Shown one piece after another: positions 56,152 through 59,098 of a DNA stretch of 59,098 nucleotides (position 1 is its first letter; each line of letters starts with the position of its first letter). The stretch is taken from positions 1-59,098 of the IMG/VR virus record IMGVR_UViG_3300050011_000298. One strand, written 5' to 3'. The stretch comes from a virus (Duplodnaviria; Caudoviricetes). The notes below the pieces were generated by a model that had not been told where the DNA came from, made no database searches, and saw only the letters and a program-made list of their open reading frames with translations. The translations under genes and the position numbers were made by a program.

Positions 56152-56234
56152 GCAGGGTTGGCTCAGCGGCGACAGCACTAGTTTTGTAAACTAGCGGGAA
56201 ACCCACGCAGGTTCGAGTCCTGCACTCTGCTCCA
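56152..56234 (+). tRNA. tRNA-Thr(UGU) with a long variable arm
   Basis: GCAGGGT/ACTCTGC; CTAGT-TT TGT AA-ACTAG; variable CGGGAAACCCAC; GTTCGAGTC; CCA. Confidence 0.85.
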
Positions 56235-56244
56235 CATTGAGGAA

Positions 56245-56862
56245 ATGATGTTTAACTTTGACCCAGCACATCAATGCATCGGCTACCTGTGCCGTCATGG
56301 CGAGTTAATCAATATGCATGTTTGGGATGGCTGGTCGGGGATGGACCTCTCCGCAAAAGGAGAAGAGCAAGCCGAGGCCGCCGCACGTTGGCTTTCTTTC
56401 GAGCGCATCGGTCGAGTAATTGCGTCCGACCTTCCTCGCACCGTTCATACCGCACAATTTCTTATGGATACGGGGTCCGTATGCTGCCCGTTTCTAGGTA
56501 CGGAACCGAATCTTCGTCCATGGATGGTGGCGGGTTTCACGGGCAAGGAAAAAACACCCGAACGGCTTGCAGAATTCCAAAAATATCTCGACGATCCTTC
56601 CTTGATGATTCCTGATGGCGAGAGTCACAATCAATTGGAGCAAAGAATTCAAATCATTTTTTCATATCTCGCTGCCCCATACAACTGCTTGCCGACCGCT
56701 TTCTTCTTGCATAATTCGTCCATCAAAGCTATCATGGGTATTCCGAACGTGAAAGCCGCGTGCCAGCCTGGGGGAATCATAGGCGTATTTTTAGATGAAC
56801 GTGGTGAAATGAGTTTCGAAGTCCTTTTAGGAAAAATCGAAGCGGAAATAGGTATCTCATAA
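56245..56862 (+). CDS. Histidine phosphatase (phosphoglycerate mutase family)
   Basis: RHGE, LS.KG..QA, SDL.R...TA, P.GES, late His. Confidence 0.9.
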   Translation: MMFNFDPAHQCIGYLCRHGELINMHVWDGWSGMDLSAKGEEQAEAAARWLSFERIGRVIASDLPRTVHTAQFLMDTGSVCCPFLGTEPNLRPWMVAGFTGKEKTPERLAEFQKYLDDPSLMIPDGESHNQLEQRIQIIFSYLAAPYNCLPTAFFLHNSSIKAIMGIPNVKAACQPGGIIGVFLDERGEMSFEVLLGKIEAEIGIS

Positions 56863-56865
56863 TCT

Positions 56866-57468
56866 ATGAATTTTTATGCTTATCTGTGGATGCGGGAAGA
56901 TGGAACGCCTTATTATGCTGGAAAAGGCAAGGGTGACCGAGCCTTTCATGTGAGCGGACATGTCGTAAAACCTCCGAAAGATAAATCTCGGATTTTACTT
57001 TTTGACCGCAACTCAGAGCAAGAGGCGTTTGATACTGAGTGTGAATTGATTCGCAATTGGGGGCGCAAGGATTTAGGGACGGGATGCTTGCGGAATATGA
57101 CGAACGGGGGAGACGGCCCTGCAGGGCTTGTGCGAACTCCTGAAATGAACCGTAAACTCAGTGTAGCTAAAAAAGGCAAAAATCTTGGTCAGGTTCCTTG
57201 GAATAAAGGGAAAACGGGATGTTTTTCGGCGGCGGCTTTGCTTCGACTGAGTACGACGCATGCGGGGAAACCGAAGTCAGCGGCGCACAGACTCCATATA
57301 AGTCAGAGTCTGATTGGGATACCCCGCACGTGGGCTGCGGCTCTTTCACTTGCAAAACAGAAATCAACGTCCGTCGCTAAATGGGCAGGAAATCATAAAC
57401 GCTGGCATGCGGGGCGAGGAATTTCAAATCCTAGCTGTGCGCTATGTCTGCAGAAAGAAGTTTCGTAA
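56866..57468 (+). CDS. GIY-YIG-like homing endonuclease with NUMOD3 motifs
   Basis: FYAY......PYYAGKG...RA; E..LI..WGR.D.G.G.L.N.T.GG; PWNKGK. Confidence 0.85.
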   Translation: MNFYAYLWMREDGTPYYAGKGKGDRAFHVSGHVVKPPKDKSRILLFDRNSEQEAFDTECELIRNWGRKDLGTGCLRNMTNGGDGPAGLVRTPEMNRKLSVAKKGKNLGQVPWNKGKTGCFSAAALLRLSTTHAGKPKSAAHRLHISQSLIGIPRTWAAALSLAKQKSTSVAKWAGNHKRWHAGRGISNPSCALCLQKEVS

Positions 57469-58046
57469 TGAGCACAACACCCAATCCGTTTATGGACCAC
57501 GCGGCTCCTGTTCTCGCGGGCGAGCCCACGATTAACGACCAGCAAAAATCCGAGCTATGGGATGCCTTCCATTCCAAATCTCCTGACGAACTGATTCAAC
57601 ACCTCACGCCCTTGGCCGTCCCCGACGAATTCAAGAAGCGGTTGCTGGACGCCAAGCATGCATCCATGCCCGTCAAGCCGCCTGTCGACAAAGTGACCGA
57701 AGCCGTTCAGCGGGTGGCCGCGCTCGATCCCAAGGTCTTGGATGTTGCCGAGGCACACCCGAACATCTTGAAAGCCTTTACCACTGCTGCGATTACCCCT
57801 GAGAAACCCGCTGCGGCGGTCGGTGACGCGACTTCCGCCAGCGGGAAGGGTACGAAGACCCCCGAGGAGCCAAAGACGCCTGCAGCCCCTCTTGCGCCTC
57901 GCGCTGATGGGCAACCACACTTCCCGTCGATTCCTGACGGCCACCATCGAGTTTTGAGCAGCAACGGCGGGGTGTATGACATTCCGCAAGAGAACATCGA
58001 GGCCGCTCGGGCCACCGATCCAAACATGCACATCTTGAACCCGTAA
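57468..58046 (+). CDS. Hypothetical virion-associated protein
   Basis: TAATG coupling; shares a domain with 9740..10138. Confidence 0.65.
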   Translation: MSTTPNPFMDHAAPVLAGEPTINDQQKSELWDAFHSKSPDELIQHLTPLAVPDEFKKRLLDAKHASMPVKPPVDKVTEAVQRVAALDPKVLDVAEAHPNILKAFTTAAITPEKPAAAVGDATSASGKGTKTPEEPKTPAAPLAPRADGQPHFPSIPDGHHRVLSSNGGVYDIPQENIEAARATDPNMHILNP

Positions 58047-58058
58047 TTCGGAGACTTT

Positions 58059-59098
58059 GTGGCAGAAGAGACCCCAGTTACGCCAGTACCGCCGACATCG
58101 GACTCGATTCCGATTACGGACCCGACTGCGTCCGCATCCATCCCGATTGACCTGAACCCCGAATATGACCCTGCCAAAGACACGCGCGCGCCGTTCCTCA
58201 AGGTAAATCCAAACCCGAAGGGTCCGACCGTTGAAGCCGCGCCTGCGCCCACACTTGCGGAGCGTGCCAAGAAAGTTGTCACCGAAGGCATCCCGCGCTA
58301 CTCCTCGCGCACTGTCGAGAATCCGAAATACGGGCAGGAGCAATTCCTGTCACCCGAAGAAGCCCTGACTCCCGAAGAACAGCGCAAGGCGCCCGTTGCC
58401 GCTGGCGCTCTCGAAGCCGCAGGTGGTCTGACATCTCCCGCCACCATCGGGACGGTTGCCGCGACCGCAGGAGTGGGCGAAGCTGGAATCATTCCCAAGG
58501 TCCTGTCGGGATTGTTCGCTGGACAAATCGCCAAATCAGTTTATGACCAGTACCCCGCGCTGAAAGCCGCCGTCGACACCGCCCAGCACGCGAAGACAAA
58601 AGCCGAACACGATGATGCATTCGCCGAAGCGCAACAACTTCTGACGCATATGGGCGCGGACACCGTTATGGGTTTGCTGGCTGCAGCGCATGGGGCGGAC
58701 GGCGCGAAAGAACTTCTGGATAAGACCACAGGCAGCGGAGTACCAGACCAAGCCTCAACTTTCAAATCGCCTGGCGCGGCACCTGCCGCAATCGAGCCTG
58801 AAGAGACCCACCCCGAAATGAATCGGCAGACGGTCAAAGATTTGCAGAATTTGGGATACTCGAACCAGCACATCACCAACTTCAACATCGGCGAGATTCG
58901 CGACATCCTGAAAAACCAGACTCCTGCATCAGAAGCTAAAATCCCTACAACAGATAAAGCTAATGCGCCCGACCCCGACAAGTTCGCCGAAGCTGGCGGC
59001 AAACTGGTTTCACAGCCTGCGCCTGTTTTAACATCTGCGGCAACCCCTCCTAATCTATACACCAAAGACGGAGCGCAAACTTTGGCGGACCATGTTGG
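58059..59098 (+). CDS. Large Pro/Ala-rich protein, probable internal virion protein (3'-truncated)
   Basis: GGAG plus GTG 58059 (MAEETPVTPVPPTSD...); frame open to the window end; absent from the ORF track because it has no stop. Confidence 0.7.
   Translation, partial: MAEETPVTPVPPTSDSIPITDPTASASIPIDLNPEYDPAKDTRAPFLKVNPNPKGPTVEAAPAPTLAERAKKVVTEGIPRYSSRTVENPKYGQEQFLSPEEALTPEEQRKAPVAAGALEAAGGLTSPATIGTVAATAGVGEAGIIPKVLSGLFAGQIAKSVYDQYPALKAAVDTAQHAKTKAEHDDAFAEAQQLLTHMGADTVMGLLAAAHGADGAKELLDKTTGSGVPDQASTFKSPGAAPAAIEPEETHPEMNRQTVKDLQNLGYSNQHITNFNIGEIRDILKNQTPASEAKIPTTDKANAPDPDKFAEAGGKLVSQPAPVLTSAATPPNLYTKDGAQTLADHV

Noticed and set aside
56152-56234. Last tRNA read as tRNA-Tyr(GUA) because of its long variable arm
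   Set aside because: The CTAGT/ACTAG stem centres TGT in the 7-nt loop, and G1-C72, C2-G71 fit Thr
57555-59065. Long minus-strand ORFs at the right end
   Set aside because: They are antisense shadows of the + strand genes at 57468 and 58059, which have coupling or RBS signals and operon context
1-59098. Stop-codon reassignment
   Set aside because: Core genes are full length in the standard code, all three stops are used, and no suppressor tRNA is present

Overview
This window is an internal fragment of a large tailed dsDNA bacteriophage genome, with genes truncated at both ends. The + strand carries the morphogenesis genes: a tail protein and internal-virion/ejection-like proteins (1-9.7 kb), groEL-groES-terS (35.3-37.7 kb), tail-fibre/decoration-like genes, terL, portal, scaffold and major capsid (38-55 kb), five tRNAs and a further ejection-like gene. 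The 9.7-35 kb region is accessory: small ORFs, envelope-related proteins, a tyrosine recombinase and a complete IS1595-family element. About ten free-standing homing endonucleases are spread through the window. The main observations read directly from the sequence are: (1) a circularly permuted two-piece tmRNA (~15.3-15.75 kb) with a 27-codon tag ending LAMAA; (2) a 12-copy, strictly spaced WGACT-N8-CATAAGT motif before late genes, and a candidate regulator fusing sigma-region-4-like HTHs to a NusG-like module; (3) six minus-strand sigma70 promoters with a GTAC-N4-GTAC-type box abutting the -35; (4) a DUF3494 ice-binding-like domain inserted in a tail protein; (5) an IS1595 and a transposase-less derivative whose 8-bp TSDs both end exactly 3 bp upstream of a -35 hexamer; (6) an apparent ATC start codon for the major capsid gene; (7) atypical tRNAs. 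All family assignments come from motif recognition by eye; no searches were run.
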